Origin: Eledone cirrhosa
Lineage: Eukaryota
Reading direction: 5' to 3'
Assembly (NCBI GenBank): GCA_964016885.1
Contig: OZ024741.1
Span: 152,210,001 to 152,274,000 of the forward strand
Length of the DNA stretch: 64,000 nucleotides
Below are positions 1 to 11,989 of the stretch, piece by piece. Numbering within the stretch: the stretch's first letter is position 1; every line of letters begins with the position of its first letter. Made by a program: the position numbers and the translations under genes. The notes beneath the pieces were generated by a model. That model worked only from the letters and a program-made list of their open reading frames with translations, made no database searches and was not told the origin of the DNA.

Positions 1-156
1 GAAGATGGGGGCCAGCTGTCGCTCGCTGTGGATCCTGGACTCGCAAATGGCTACCACATCCATACTGTGCGACCCGAGGTCGTTTAAGAGTTTGCCCTGC
101 TTCCAGGGCATCCCCAGGCCGCGTACGTTCACACATCCGACTCTTATATTGGCCAT
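1..156 (-). CDS. ORF2 N-terminus, apurinic/apyrimidinic-like endonuclease (partial)
   Basis: Manual translation from ATG at 156: MANIRVGCVNVRGLGMPWKQGKLLNDLGSHSMDVVAICESRIHSERQLAPIF. This matches the N(V)RGL ... D(V)(V)x(I)xE(S/T) motifs of L1/Tx1 endonucleases. Confidence 0.85.
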   Translation of the reverse strand, partial: MANIRVGCVNVRGLGMPWKQGKLLNDLGSHSMDVVAICESRIHSERQLAPIF

Positions 157-189
157 GTTGGTGCTGAAAAGTTAAAAGAGGAAAAGAGA

Positions 190-2099
190 TCATTCACCCT
201 TCGTCTCCTGGGGACCAGACCGCACGATTTCCATGGGGGTGTTTGAGGGGTTGTCTGGATGGGTGGTGGTTTCCGACGGGGTGGGGACGGAGATGTTTGG
301 TGGGGTGGGGTCTGGTGGGATGGGGGTGTCTGGGGTGGGGAGACATTTGAGAAGGACGTGGTTGAGTGGTTTCACGCAGGAATTCCCCACATCCTTCTCA
401 AATGTTTCTTTTAGGGACCTATAAGTTTGTATAGGGACCCTAATCAGTTTTAGGTTCAGTTTTTTTGCTATTTTTAATAGGGTGGGCGAAAGTTTTCCCT
501 TCGGTTTTCACCGAAGGGTCGTTCGTGATGGTCTCCATTAGTGTTTTGTTTTCAGTGTTTATGTAAGTGTAAGTGTAATTTTCTTGTGTTGTGTTTGTTT
601 TTGTCTGTAGTTCTTGTGTGTGCTTTCGTTTTGTTGTAGGTATTTTGTTTTCAGGAGGTGGGGGTTTTGTTTGTGATGTTTTTGTTGTTTGTATGTTTGT
701 GGTAGTGTTTGCTGGTTTTTTGCTTTTGTGATGTCTTTTCTTTCTTTTCGAGCGATGGGGTTCTCCCTCGTCTTCACTGGGTGATGGCGAGATGGCCTCA
801 TCTGTTGTATCGTCTGTGTGATTGGGGAGGGGTATGTCTTGGGGAGCTGTTGTGTCTGTATGTGATTTTGAAGTGGTTTTAGGTGGAGTGGGGTTAGGTG
901 GGACTGTATTTGTTGTAGTTATTTTTGTGTGTTGGTGTTGTTGTTGTGGTGGTGGTGTTGGTGGTCGTGTTGTTTTGATGGGTGTCGGCAGAAGAGCCTT
1001 ATTTTTATTCATTAATTTAGGACGGGAAGCCCTCAGGTGACCCCTGCTAAAGCAATGATAACATGAAGGCCGCCTACCCTCAACCGAAAAGTTTATGTAG
1101 GTGAGTCCGTCCAGGAGTACACGTTGTGGGATCATAGCTATTCGCTCTGGGCTCATTTGCACTAGAACTTCAATGCTAGTCCCATTGAATACATCTCTGG
1201 GGGACTTTCCTACTGACAGTATTCTGTCTTCATCAAAATTGATGAAGCTGCACAGTATCCACCATATGTTCACCTTTGGTGTGGCACTCGTGATTTTGAT
1301 CTTTTGTGTCCTTTTTCCCATGTATGTAGGGAAAAAGGTGTACAGGTTGGATACAATTGGCGACACAGAGTAATTTTGGGCCGTCAGTTGATCCTTCATG
1401 AGTACCGAAATACTCCCAAAAAGTTTGCTTCTTTGAATGAATGCAATATCATTCATTGAATTTTTGAAAACCAGTTCAATTTCTTTCTGTGACAATTGGA
1501 CTGGTTTTCGGGTAGAATTGGAAACTGTCCTAAAAACTATCGTTTTGAGATCAGTTTCCTTGCGAATTTCTACCGGAGAATTGATGCTGAAAGCACCATT
1601 TTTTTCGAAAGTGACATATCTCCTAGCGTCCTTTAAAAGTTGTTCAGCATTTGTTATGTCGAGATATATTAGTTCCTCCTTTTTTTTTAACTGTCTCTGC
1701 AAAGGAGATTTTTGGTTTCTTTGTGGAATTATCCGTGTTGGTGGTGTTGTCATTATTGTTGTTATTGTTGTTGTTATTCTTGTTGTCACCGATGTTGATA
1801 TTATTCGTATTTTCCTTGGTGTTGTTGTTGTCTTTGATGCTAGTGTTATTGGTGTTGTCTTTATTTTTTTCTTTGTTGTTGTTATCATTGTTGTTTTTAT
1901 CATCATTATTGGTGTTGCTGTTATTTTTGTTGTCATTGAACTGTTTGGTGTCATTTGTGTTGTTTGGATATGAATTTGTTTTTGCATTTTCATTTCGTCT
2001 TTCCATCTCTATAGTATCTAGTGAAGAAGACGATGTTGACTGCGAGCTTTGTAGTCTTACCGCCTCTCCACCACCATTATCGTTGGACGCAGCGTTCAT
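190..2099 (-). pseudogene. ORF1 (gag-like, Asn/Thr/Pro-rich ends, CX2CX4H knuckle), split by two frameshifts at homopolymer runs
   Basis: ORF-track pieces 1644-2099, 440-1993 and 190-390 join in order across the T9 run (1680-1688) and near the T7 run (~460-466). Contains VEGRRPSCYHCFSRGHLRA. Confidence 0.75.
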
Positions 2100-2318
2100 A
2101 ACGTAATCAAACTTTTACAATATTTTTTCCAAGATTCGATGGAGAAAAAATTTTTTCAAACGGATATTTCGCCCCTGTAGGGGCGAAAATGAGTTGACCC
2201 ACCACCTGAAGGTCCAGACGGCTTGTCTAGTTACACAATAAATTAAAATTTAACTGAAAACTCACGTTTTTTTCTTACATAAATTAACGGAAACTTCTCC
2301 GCGAAGTTACACACGTCT

Positions 2319-2416
<98 letters not shown>
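2319..2416 (+). repeat. (GATA)n microsatellite
   Basis: Direct inspection. Confidence 0.98.
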
Positions 2417-2634
2417 CAGGCTGATATAGAGACTGATAGATGGGAAAAGAGAGAAACAATGTAGTAAAAAGACGACGCTGGTTGTCTATTAATATATTTT
2501 ACAAGAAGCTGCCCAAAATGTCAAATAACGTTGGTTAGGTTTCCCTACAAATAGATTTATTCTTTCCTAGAGTGACAACTGTGTCTTCCTTCTATTCAGT
2601 AACAACAACAACAACACTTGTTATTACTACTATT

Positions 2635-2693
<59 letters not shown>

Positions 2694-3059
2694 TGTTGTT
2701 ATGTTGTTGTTACTGTTGTTGCCGTTGCTGTTATTATCGTTATTTGTCTGGGGGTGACGTATTGGCAAAATGGTTAGAATATCGAACAAAAAGCGTTGTG
2801 GCTTTTGTAACGGTCATTTATATTCACACTCTTCCACGCTCGGACCATATCCTTGTGGTTGTGTTTATTATCTATATAGAAAATTATTTATTTCCCTTAG
2901 TTCTTTGGTAAATTTCAATTCCCTCCGTGGTCAACATTGCTTTTCCTCCTTCTGGGGTCGACGAAATAAGAACCAGTACAGTACTAGGATCGATATAATC
3001 GACTTTCCCCTTCCCCCAAATTGCTAGTCTTTTGCCAAAATTAGAAATTATTATTCGTT

Positions 3060-3245
3060 GGATTGGCAGTATCGGTAGCGCGCCAGACACCATGCTTTGC
3101 AGCCTAGACTGATTCCCTTTACGTTCTGAGTTCAAATCCCGCCGAGGTTCACTTTGCTTTCATCCTTATGGTGTCGATAAAATAAAGGATCAGTAATGCA
3201 CTAGAGTAATTGCTGGCCTTGTGCCAAAAGTAGAAATCATTATTA
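3060..3245 (+). mobile_element. tRNA-derived SINE copy (family repeated throughout the window)
   Basis: A-box-like TGGCAGTATCGGTAG, B-box GAGTTCAAATCC, body ...GCCTTTCATCCTTACGGGGTCGATAAAATAAAGTACCAG..., and an (ATT)n tail. Near-identical copies at ~26800, 42135, 48880, 49015 and 59835. Confidence 0.85.
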
Positions 3246-4599
3246 TTAATTTTGTTTTCATTGTGTGCTGTCACTGCATCACCAAACATAAATTTTTCTG
3301 TCTTAGGTATGTGCAGTATTATGTTTTTTTGGTGTTATTGTTACTGTTGTATTGAAAGTACGCTAGGTAATATGTACGCTGTGCTAGTAGTGTTATTTTC
3401 TATATGTAGATTGACAGAATCGTTAGATTGATGGGCAGTAGGTTTTGCAATATTTAGATTTCATTCTTCTGTGGTCAATAGAATAAAATACCAGTCAAGT
3501 ACTGGATCGATATAATCGATTTATCCTCCTCCAAACTGAAACGATTATTTTTATTATTGTCCAAACCCTTATGAGCTTTTTCAAATATCACTTGAAAAGG
3601 AAATTGCCTTCCAGCAAATTTGATGAAAGATGGATAAGTGGTGAACATGATCCGAGTGAATGGACCTGCTCAGAGTATGCACATGTATATTGGAGGAGAG
3701 CAACTGGGAGAAGGCATTTTCCTTAATAGTCAGGATGACGGCGTTTTTATGGATTCTTCCACGGGTAGTCATCGGAAGTTTCCTTTCGTTTGAGAAAGTT
3801 TCTTTGTTTGAATTTTCATTGTCACCCCTTTTGGTTTTGGTTTTTGCTATTTCACATTTATTACACGTTTTCATGTAAGCCTACGTTGTATCGTCCCCTA
3901 CCCTCCTCGATCTTTTCGTAAACAATGCAATATGGCAGTATTAATAGAGCATCAGACAACATGCTTTGCGGCATATAGTTACGGCCACCTACGGGGCTGT
4001 AACTCTCTGCTGCTGGTTTGCCTGACCAGTAGAGGATATATCCCGCGCTCTTGTAGACTGCCTTCTTCTGGAAAGTCGCCTTTAAATCAGAGAGTCCTTC
4101 TTCTGGCTTATGGCTCAAAAACGTTCCTCGGAGGCACGGAGGCAGTTACCTAGGCTGTGGAGTAGCACCTGGATGCTACAAAACATGTTGATAGATTCAG
4201 AGTCTTGGCACGACGAGCCTTGCCACTAAGACTATTTGATCCATAGATGGGACCCTGACAGGTACTACCACCCCGAGCTAGAGAAGACCTGGGAATAATG
4301 ATGACTAAGAGTTAACTCCATACTTCCCAGAACCCCAGAACGTTTGAACTTGAGCTTCACCACTAGATGTAGTTTAGTGTCATGTCCAGGACAATATATA
4401 TTCGGGAAGAAAACACAACGGACGTTGGGCGAATAAAAGGCAAAAAAAAGAAAAGAAAAAAGAAATATCGACATACCGATATCGGACAGCAAAAAGTTAG
4501 AATCGAAGGCATTACACAAAAGTGTGGGTAGTAGCCTTAGGCAGGAATGGAATAAATTACTATAAGTTGGTGGGGCATAAGGAGGAAACAAAGACTTGA

Positions 4600-5622
4600 C
4601 CGGAAGTATTGGGTAGGGTAGTATGAAAGGAAGTGGTGGTTAGGGCAGTATGAACGGAAGTGGTGGGTAGGGCAGTATGAACGGAAGTGGTGGGTAGGGT
4701 AGTATGAACGGAAGTGGTGGGTAGGGCAGTATGAACGGAAGTGGTGGGTAGAACAGTATGAACGGAGTGGTGGGTAGAACAGTATGAACGGAAGTGGTGG
4801 GTAGGGTAGTATGAACGGAAGTGGTGGGTAGAGCAGTATGAACGGAAGTGGTGGGTAGAACAGTATGAACGGAAGTGGTGGGTAGGGCAGTATGAACGGA
4901 AGTGGTGGGTCGGGTAGTATGAACGGAAGTGGTGGGTAGGGCAGTATGAACGGAAGTGGTGGGTAGAACAGTATGAACGGAAGTAGTGGGTAGGGCAGTA
5001 TGAACGGAAGTGGTGGGTAGGGCAGTATGAACGGAAGTGGTGGGTAGGGCAGTATGAACGGAAGTGGTGGGTAGGGCAGTATGAATGGAAGTGGTGGGTA
5101 GGGCAGTATGAATGGAAGTGGTGGGTAGGGCAGTATGAATGGAAGTGGTGGGTAGGGCAGTATGAACGGAAGTGGTGGGTAGGGCAGTATGAATGGAAGT
5201 GGTGGGTAGAACAGTATGAACGGAAGTGGTGGGTAGGGCAGTATGAATGGAAGTGGTGGGTAGAACAGTATGAACGGAAGTGGTGGGTAGGGCAGTATGA
5301 ATGGAAGTGGTGGGTAGGGCAGTATGAATGGAAGTGGTGGGTAGGGCAGTATGAATGGAAGTGGTGGGTAGGGCAGTATGAACGGAAGTGGTGGGTAGGG
5401 CAGTATGAACGGAAGTGGTGGGTAGGGCAGTATGAACGGAAGTGGTGAGTAGGGCAGTATGAACGGAAGTGGTGGATAGGGCAGTATGAACGGAAGTGGT
5501 GGGTAGGGCAGTATGAACGGAAGTGGTGGGTAGGGCACTATGAACAGAAGTGGTAGGTAGAGTAGTGTGAACGGAAGTGGTGGGTAGGGCAGTATGAATG
5601 GAAGTGGTAGGTAGGGCAGTAT
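4600..5622 (+). repeat. 27-bp minisatellite (GAACGGAAGTGGTGGGTAGGGCAGTAT)n, roughly 37 copies
   Basis: Direct tandem periodicity. It generates the spurious (PYPPLPFIL)n ORF. Confidence 0.97.
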
Positions 5623-5680
5623 TAGAATTGAGATAGAGGGAGCAAAAAGGTAGATGGAGGGATATAGCGGGAAGATAGAA

Positions 5681-5756
<76 letters not shown>

Positions 5757-5837
5757 TCGCAGCAGTAGTTAACTACAGTTGATTAAAAGTAGAGCTGTGT
5801 GGTTACTGGGATATCATTTTAAAAAAACACGTGGGAG

Positions 5838-5907
<70 letters not shown>

Positions 5908-5911
<4 letters not shown>

Positions 5912-7694
5912 AAAATTGAACGGGAACAAAACAGAGAGGCAGTATGAACAAAGGTTTATTAGTTTCACGCTCTTGAGAGTGGGGTGATGGTGGGTAACGA
6001 CGTTTCGGGCATAAGCCCTTCTTCGGGTGAAAAGTGTGTGGGAAGAGAGTTACAAGAGTGTGTAGGCGAGTGGTGGAGAGACATATAGAAAAAAGAGGGT
6101 GAGAGGAAACGGTACAAATGAAATTAAATATAAAAGCATAATCAAAATAAAAATAAACATGAAGTAAAACAAGTGGTGGAAGGGTGTGGGGCGTGTAGGG
6201 GTGGTGGTGGGTGGAGTGGGTAGAGGGAGGCGGGTGTCCAAGCGGGGAGGGCTGAAGGTGGTGTGTGTGTCTAGGTGTACGTGTGTGTGTGTGTGTATGT
6301 ATGTGAAAGTAAGAGTTGGGGGAAGAACGGGGTTGCATGTTCAGGAAAAGGTGTGTGTGGGGTGGGGTGTAGGTCGGTGTGTGTGTGCGTGTGTGGATGG
6401 GGAGGAGTCAGAGGGTGGAGTGAGAGGATTCCGGAGGCTGAGTGTGTAAATATGTGGTGGTACGCACGTGTGTGTGGTGTTTATACGTGTTGTGGATGTA
6501 GGTGGCGTGTGGGAAAAAAAAATTTTTTAGTGTATGTCCGTGGGTGGGTCCCTAAGGTAGTTCCGTAGAGGATGTGGTGGGAGCTGGGTAATTTCCGTGT
6601 GATGTGGTTGATTCTTGGGAGCGATATCCAATGTGTGTAATCCGTGGTTGGGTTGGTCGGAAGAGGGGAGATGTGGGGTGCGCGCGCAACAGGAAGTGGT
6701 CAGAGGGTCAAGGCAGGAGGAGGGTTGTGTGTCTGTGTGCGCGGAGAGGTGGTCAGGGATTCAGGGCATAGCAGCAGTCGGGGAGAATGGTAAGTGAAGA
6801 AAGTCGGTGTGTCAGTGTGTGCGGAGGTGCGGTGGACGGGGGAGAGGAAGGGTAGGTGTGAAAGTTGGAGTGAGGAGGGGGTGTGGGTGTATTAGTAGAG
6901 GTGTTAGTGGGATGTGTGTGTGTGTGAGAAAGGGTGTGGGTGGAGCGGGGAGAGGGAGGGGGAGAGAAAAATGTGGAGGGAGTGTAGTGTACTGGTGTGT
7001 GTGTGCGTGTTTGGATGAGTGTGTGGTGAAGGGGGTGTTAGAGGGTGTTAGTATACTGGTGGTGGGAAAAGGGTTGAGTGCGGGTGTTTGTGGGGGTCAG
7101 TGGTGGTAGGGTGTGTAGAGTGGGTGGTGTAAGGGGGTGTGTGTGTTCGTGTGCGTGGGGTTGGGGGGGGGTATTAGTTACGTGTAGAGTGGGTGGTGTA
7201 AGTGTGTGTGTGTGTTGTGTGCGTGAATTCGGGGGTGTTAGTGATGTTAGTTGCGGGGTGTGGGGTGGATGTGTGGGGGTGAGGGTTAGTGGTGGTAGTA
7301 GGGTGTGTGTTTAGTGTGAGCGCGTGTATATATGTACCGGTGGATGTGTGGGTGTGATAAGGGGGGGAGAAGAAAGGAGGGATGTTAGTATTGTTAGTTG
7401 GGGAAGGGTGGTCGGATGTGGGGTGGGGGTGTTAGTATTGGTTATTGTGGGGTGGGCGGTGAAAAGAAGGAGTGTGTTAATGGTGTTAGTGGGGGATATG
7501 TGTGGGGGATGGTGGAGGGCGGTCGAAGGCTAAAGGAATAAGGGTGGGGAGTTCAGGCCGGGGGGAGTGTGGGTCTGTAGGGTGAAGATGGTTCGTTGTT
7601 CGACCCTGGGGAGGGTGGCGGGTATTCCGTGGCATTGGAGTAGGCCACAGATTGTGAGGTGGTGCGCGGAATGTCCAGGGGCGCCAAAGTGGCG

Positions 7695-7695
<1 letters not shown>
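5908..7695 (-). mobile_element. Highly degenerate Penelope-like element remnant (GT-rich), flanked by (TA)n
   Basis: The minus strand carries CCCGAAGAAGGGCTTATGCCCGAAACGTC, a PLE-type minimal hammerhead, at ~5995-6028. Relic GIY-YIG C-terminal codons (LPVAR ... TLGT) lie near 6550-6700. Confidence 0.5.
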
Positions 7696-7740
<45 letters not shown>

Positions 7741-7741
<1 letters not shown>

Positions 7742-8796
7742 TAGCAGCAGTACCCAGCGTTGCCTGGGTAGGTAAAATAATATCTGCTTTGATGAAAAGG
7801 TGTTGATCTTAGCGACTGCGAGTTTCTTGAAAATCGGTCGTAAGGTGTAGCAAATGGCGAAATGTTGAGTGAAATCGTATGGAATATGTGGGAGGTGGAT
7901 AAAATCGTACTTTGAAGAGTTAAACGGCTGCCACGTCGTCCCTGGACAAAAAATGCAAAGTGTAAAGCTACTATAAGATGTGCAATAATAGGTTCTATCG
8001 TAGTATAAATGTTGAACCAAATAAATTGATTTATGTGTGAGGTGGAGCCGAAGTTTCGAATTTAAACGGAATCGGTTGAAAAATGTGGGAGCTAATGATA
8101 GGGCGCCGTCCTTTAACAAAAAATGGAAAGTGTAAAGCTACTATAAGATCTGCAATGATAGGTTCTATCGTAGTATAAAATTTGAACCAAATAAATTGAT
8201 TTATGTGTGAGGTGGAGCCGAAGTTTTGAATTTGAACGAAATCGATTGAAAAATGTGGGAGCTAGAGCCGAAAAGGCGGAAATTTGAGCGAAAAGGTGGT
8301 ATTTTCGAATATGTAAGCGGCTGCCACGCCGTTCCTGAACAAAAACTCCAAAATGTCAAGCCACTTTAAGGCGTGAAATAATCAGATCTAGCGTAGTGTA
8401 AAATGTGACAAAGTAGGTTGATTAATGTGGGAGCTAGAGCCGAAAAAGTGGAAATTTGAGTCTAAAAGTGGTATTTTTGAATATTTAAGCGGCTGCCACG
8501 TCGTCCCTGAACAAGAAATGCAAAATATAATGCAGGATGTGCAATGATAAATTGTATTTTGCTTTAAAATTTGAATGAAATCGGTGGCAAAATGTGGGAG
8601 CTAGAGCCAAAAATCTTATTTTTCGATACCTAAAAAGAGGTGACCCCCCTATCGATTTTTATCTGCAGAATGACCCCGGAATAAAAAAAAAACGATACGC
8701 TGATATATAGAAAACACTCCCCGATGACTAATCTATGAGCCTGTAAAGTTTCATAAAAATCGGTCGTAAGATGTAAGCCCCTATAGGTAATACACA

Positions 8797-8863
<67 letters not shown>

Positions 8864-8882
8864 TTAATTTTATATATATGGA
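7741..8882 (-). mobile_element. Non-autonomous Helitron with internal tandem subrepeats and (TG)n
   Basis: Minus-strand 5' TC (8882), 3' hairpin (CCCAGGCAACGCTGGG) plus CTAG (7741-7744), inserted at an A|T dinucleotide. Confidence 0.85.
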
Positions 8883-9695
8883 TTTGACCTGGAGTTTGAG
8901 GAATGGTACATTTTAGTGTGGTAAGATCACCCTGCGTTCATAGAGATCAATTAACGTAGGAATACTGCTAACAACAGTGGTATATATATGGGTCCCAAAA
9001 GGATTGCTCCCATAACAGACTGTAGTGATTAATACTGTCTCGTGCTATGCGTGAACCCGACATTGATGCCACAACAGGCCTCAGTGTGGGTAAACAACTC
9101 ATACCGGGGGGTATTTGATATTGCGTTAATTGTCTCTGGCGGTTTTGGTCAAAATGAGTACAATCTAGAGTTGTCCCCCTTGTCGCGGAATGATTTAATC
9201 TGTATCTTCGTAAATAGACGGCCAGACTGACCTCCCTTAACCTCCCCAAGGGAATGGCCAGCCTGCTAGGAGCGTTATGATGTCCACTCGAAATGTTTAG
9301 TGTTGATATTTGAATGTGAGCAAAGTGAAGAACACAGAAGCACTGGAACGCTGTAAACACTGGAATTAAACGGTCAATTGATTTGATTTAATTAATTAAA
9401 TTAAAGCATATTGGAGAACCATTGTACCAGGTTGGAATATAGTAAGCGATAGTGTGGATGTGCTGAGTGTACCTTACAGCTTGATATATATAGTTACATC
9501 TATACTTATATGACTCGGATAATTTAAGTCATTCGTTACACCACGTGGTATGGTGGGAAACTTAGGATTGCATGGATTCACAACCCCACAGCTATTATGC
9601 GGAGGTATTGATCCCAACATGAGACTGGAGTGGATGGTATTGTAATCGTAAGGGGTAACACAGACGAATGGAACACGTAGATACATGTATGTATG

Positions 9696-9743
<48 letters not shown>

Positions 9744-9799
9744 TATATACATAGGTCTATGTAGACTTACACACAAACACACACACACGCAAGCGTTAT

Positions 9800-10555
9800 A
9801 TTCTACTGATATCCATGATGATTGCTTTCACCTGCTTCCACTACTCTTTGCTTTAGCGACCTATATGTTCTGTGAACCACACAGATAAATTGCATTTGAA
9901 CGCCACCTATAACACTTGTTGCCATACTGTGATGGATACATGGAATTCCACTATATGGTAGCTTTATCTGGCTCCCACTATATCTGACTCTACCTACATC
10001 ATTCACTTTCGTTGATATTATTCTTAAACTGTCACCTCTGAAATCCTTTACTGTCTGCAACTACACTTATTTGCATTTATTTGCATGCTTATATAATGTG
10101 TTATATTTTATGTTTCATTTTTATTTTTATCTTTATTTTTATCACCTCCTATTTTTATTCTCTTGTTTTATTCTCAGTTTTATTTTTATTATTTTTTATT
10201 ATTTTTTTATATTTTCTTATATTATCATCACTTTGTTGTTATCTTTATTTTATCCTTACTTCTAGACTCTACCCTTTACGTTTTATCTCTTATCTTTAAT
10301 TTCCTTATCTTTTATTTTTCCTTATCTTTAATTATTGTAACTGATTTTGGCGGTGACGCGTCGTCCAAGCACCCTACTCTTCTGAGTCCTCTGTGCTACA
10401 TATGGATCGTTCTTGTGATATAGGTCGGTAAAGTTTATACTATTGATCTAATTCCTCTTTATAACGCTCTGATGAGTCCTGCAATTATGCAAGGACAAAA
10501 CATTGTCAGCAAATAAAGATTAATTGATGATGTAAGCGCTCTTTATTTTTGTTTC
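9800..10555 (+). mobile_element. Penelope-like remnant: RT relic plus terminal repeat with hammerhead
   Basis: Relic RT motifs (DIHDDCF ~ RYIDDCF; FVDIIL ~ FLD). Hammerhead-like motif at 10466-10510. Ends in (TA)n. Confidence 0.55.
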
Positions 10556-10739
10556 ATATATATATATATATATAGTATTAATTATACTATTTATGGTTAT
10601 GTAAATACAAAAACCTTTTGCAGTTATATATATTTTTTTATACAAACCCTAAATAGTGGTAGGCACTAATATATTACTACCTTATTACCAGTAAGTTAAG
10701 TAGCTCAATGTAAAAACATCAGATGATTTACAGAGCAGT

Positions 10740-11725
10740 TATATGAAATATAAGAATCAAAGAACTGTTCAAAATATTTTTGTGCTTACAACTGTTTCCT
10801 CCAAACCGAGGTTGGGATTCTTCGGAGCAATTTATTAATGAATGGACAGTTATATGACCTCCTTTTCACCCAAGAGACATACAGATACATATGTAAATAT
10901 TGTGGGTCAACATTCATTACAGCATTTAGAGTGGCAGTACACACTTAGAGATTACATTCACATTAAAAGGTACAATCAAAAATCAAAAATACAGGTTAAA
11001 ATACAACATGAAAATAAGCGGTTATATAGTGCAAGTGTTATATGTGTGGCAAGCACGTGCGTCTTGTTTATATAGTGTGGCAGAGAGTTACGTGTAGTAG
11101 AAGCACTTAGGTAGGTAAACAAGAGTGTTAGGTTGGTTGATCTGGTGGCAAATTCTTTATATGATTGTTATAGTCTGTGTGTGGAGAAATGATATAAGCA
11201 TTAAAAATAGTGCAAGCGTTAAAAATATTAAAAGTATTTAATATTTTTAACGCTTGCACTATTTTTAATGCTTATATCATTTCTCCACACACAGACTATA
11301 ACAATCATATAAAGAATTTGCCACCAGATCAACCAACCTAACACTCTTGTTTACCTACCTAAGTGCTTCTACTACACGTAACTCTCTGCCACACTATATA
11401 AACAAGACGCACGTGCTTGCCACACATATAACACTTGCACTATATAACCGCTTATTTTCATGTTGTATTTTAACCTGTATTTTTGATTTTTGATTGTACC
11501 TTTTAATATGAATGTAATCTCTAAGTGTGTACTGCCACTCTAAATGCTGTAATGAATGTTGACCCATAATATTTACATATGTATCTGTATGTCTCTTGGG
11601 TGAAAAGGAGGTCATATAACTGTGCATTCATTAATAAATTGCTCCGAAGAATCCCAACCTCGGTTTGGAGGAAACAGTTGTAAGCACAAAAATGTTTTGA
11701 ACAGTTCTTTGATTCATATATTTCA
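10740..11725. repeat. Near-perfect ~1 kb palindrome (arms ~490 bp, centre ~11235) with a hammerhead motif near each outer end
   Basis: ORFs 10842-11075(+) and 11394-11627(-) are near-identical. The arms are reverse complements with a few substitutions. Confidence 0.95.
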
Positions 11726-11747
11726 TATATTTCATATATTTCATATA

Positions 11748-11937
11748 TAACGAAGGAAATGTGGTAAGGAACCAGGTGGACCATAACGCACCAAAGTACT
11801 CAATACTTAGGGTAGTAGAGTGGGTAATAGGAACGAGTAAGACCTCGACGGCTGAGCTCAAGCCGTTTCGACGGCTAATTCGGTCCAGAATTAGCCGTCG
11901 AAACAACTTGAGCTCAGCCGTCGGAGTCTTACTCGTT

Positions 11938-11989
<52 letters not shown>

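Larger units (their letters stand above)
1..2318 (-). mobile_element. 5' part of a Tx1/L1-clade non-LTR retrotransposon (5' UTR, ORF1, start of ORF2); continues off the window's left edge
   Basis: An ORF1 with a degenerate gag-type zinc knuckle is followed after ~30 nt by an ORF2 start with an APE endonuclease N-terminus. The 5' end abuts a (GATA)n array. Confidence 0.85.

Noticed and set aside
1680-1688. Programmed -1 frameshift at the A9 run in ORF1
   Set aside because: The shift needed is +1 (one extra A), which is better explained by a homopolymer indel or sequencing error.
3060-3150. tRNA gene
   Set aside because: A/B boxes are present, but there is no cloverleaf and a repeated SINE body follows.
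4537-5538. 333-aa (PYPPLPFIL)n ORF
   Set aside because: It is the translation of a 27-bp minisatellite with no stop in one frame; there is no coding evidence.
4600-5622. CRISPR-like array
   Set aside because: The units are contiguous with no unique spacers, and the context is eukaryotic.
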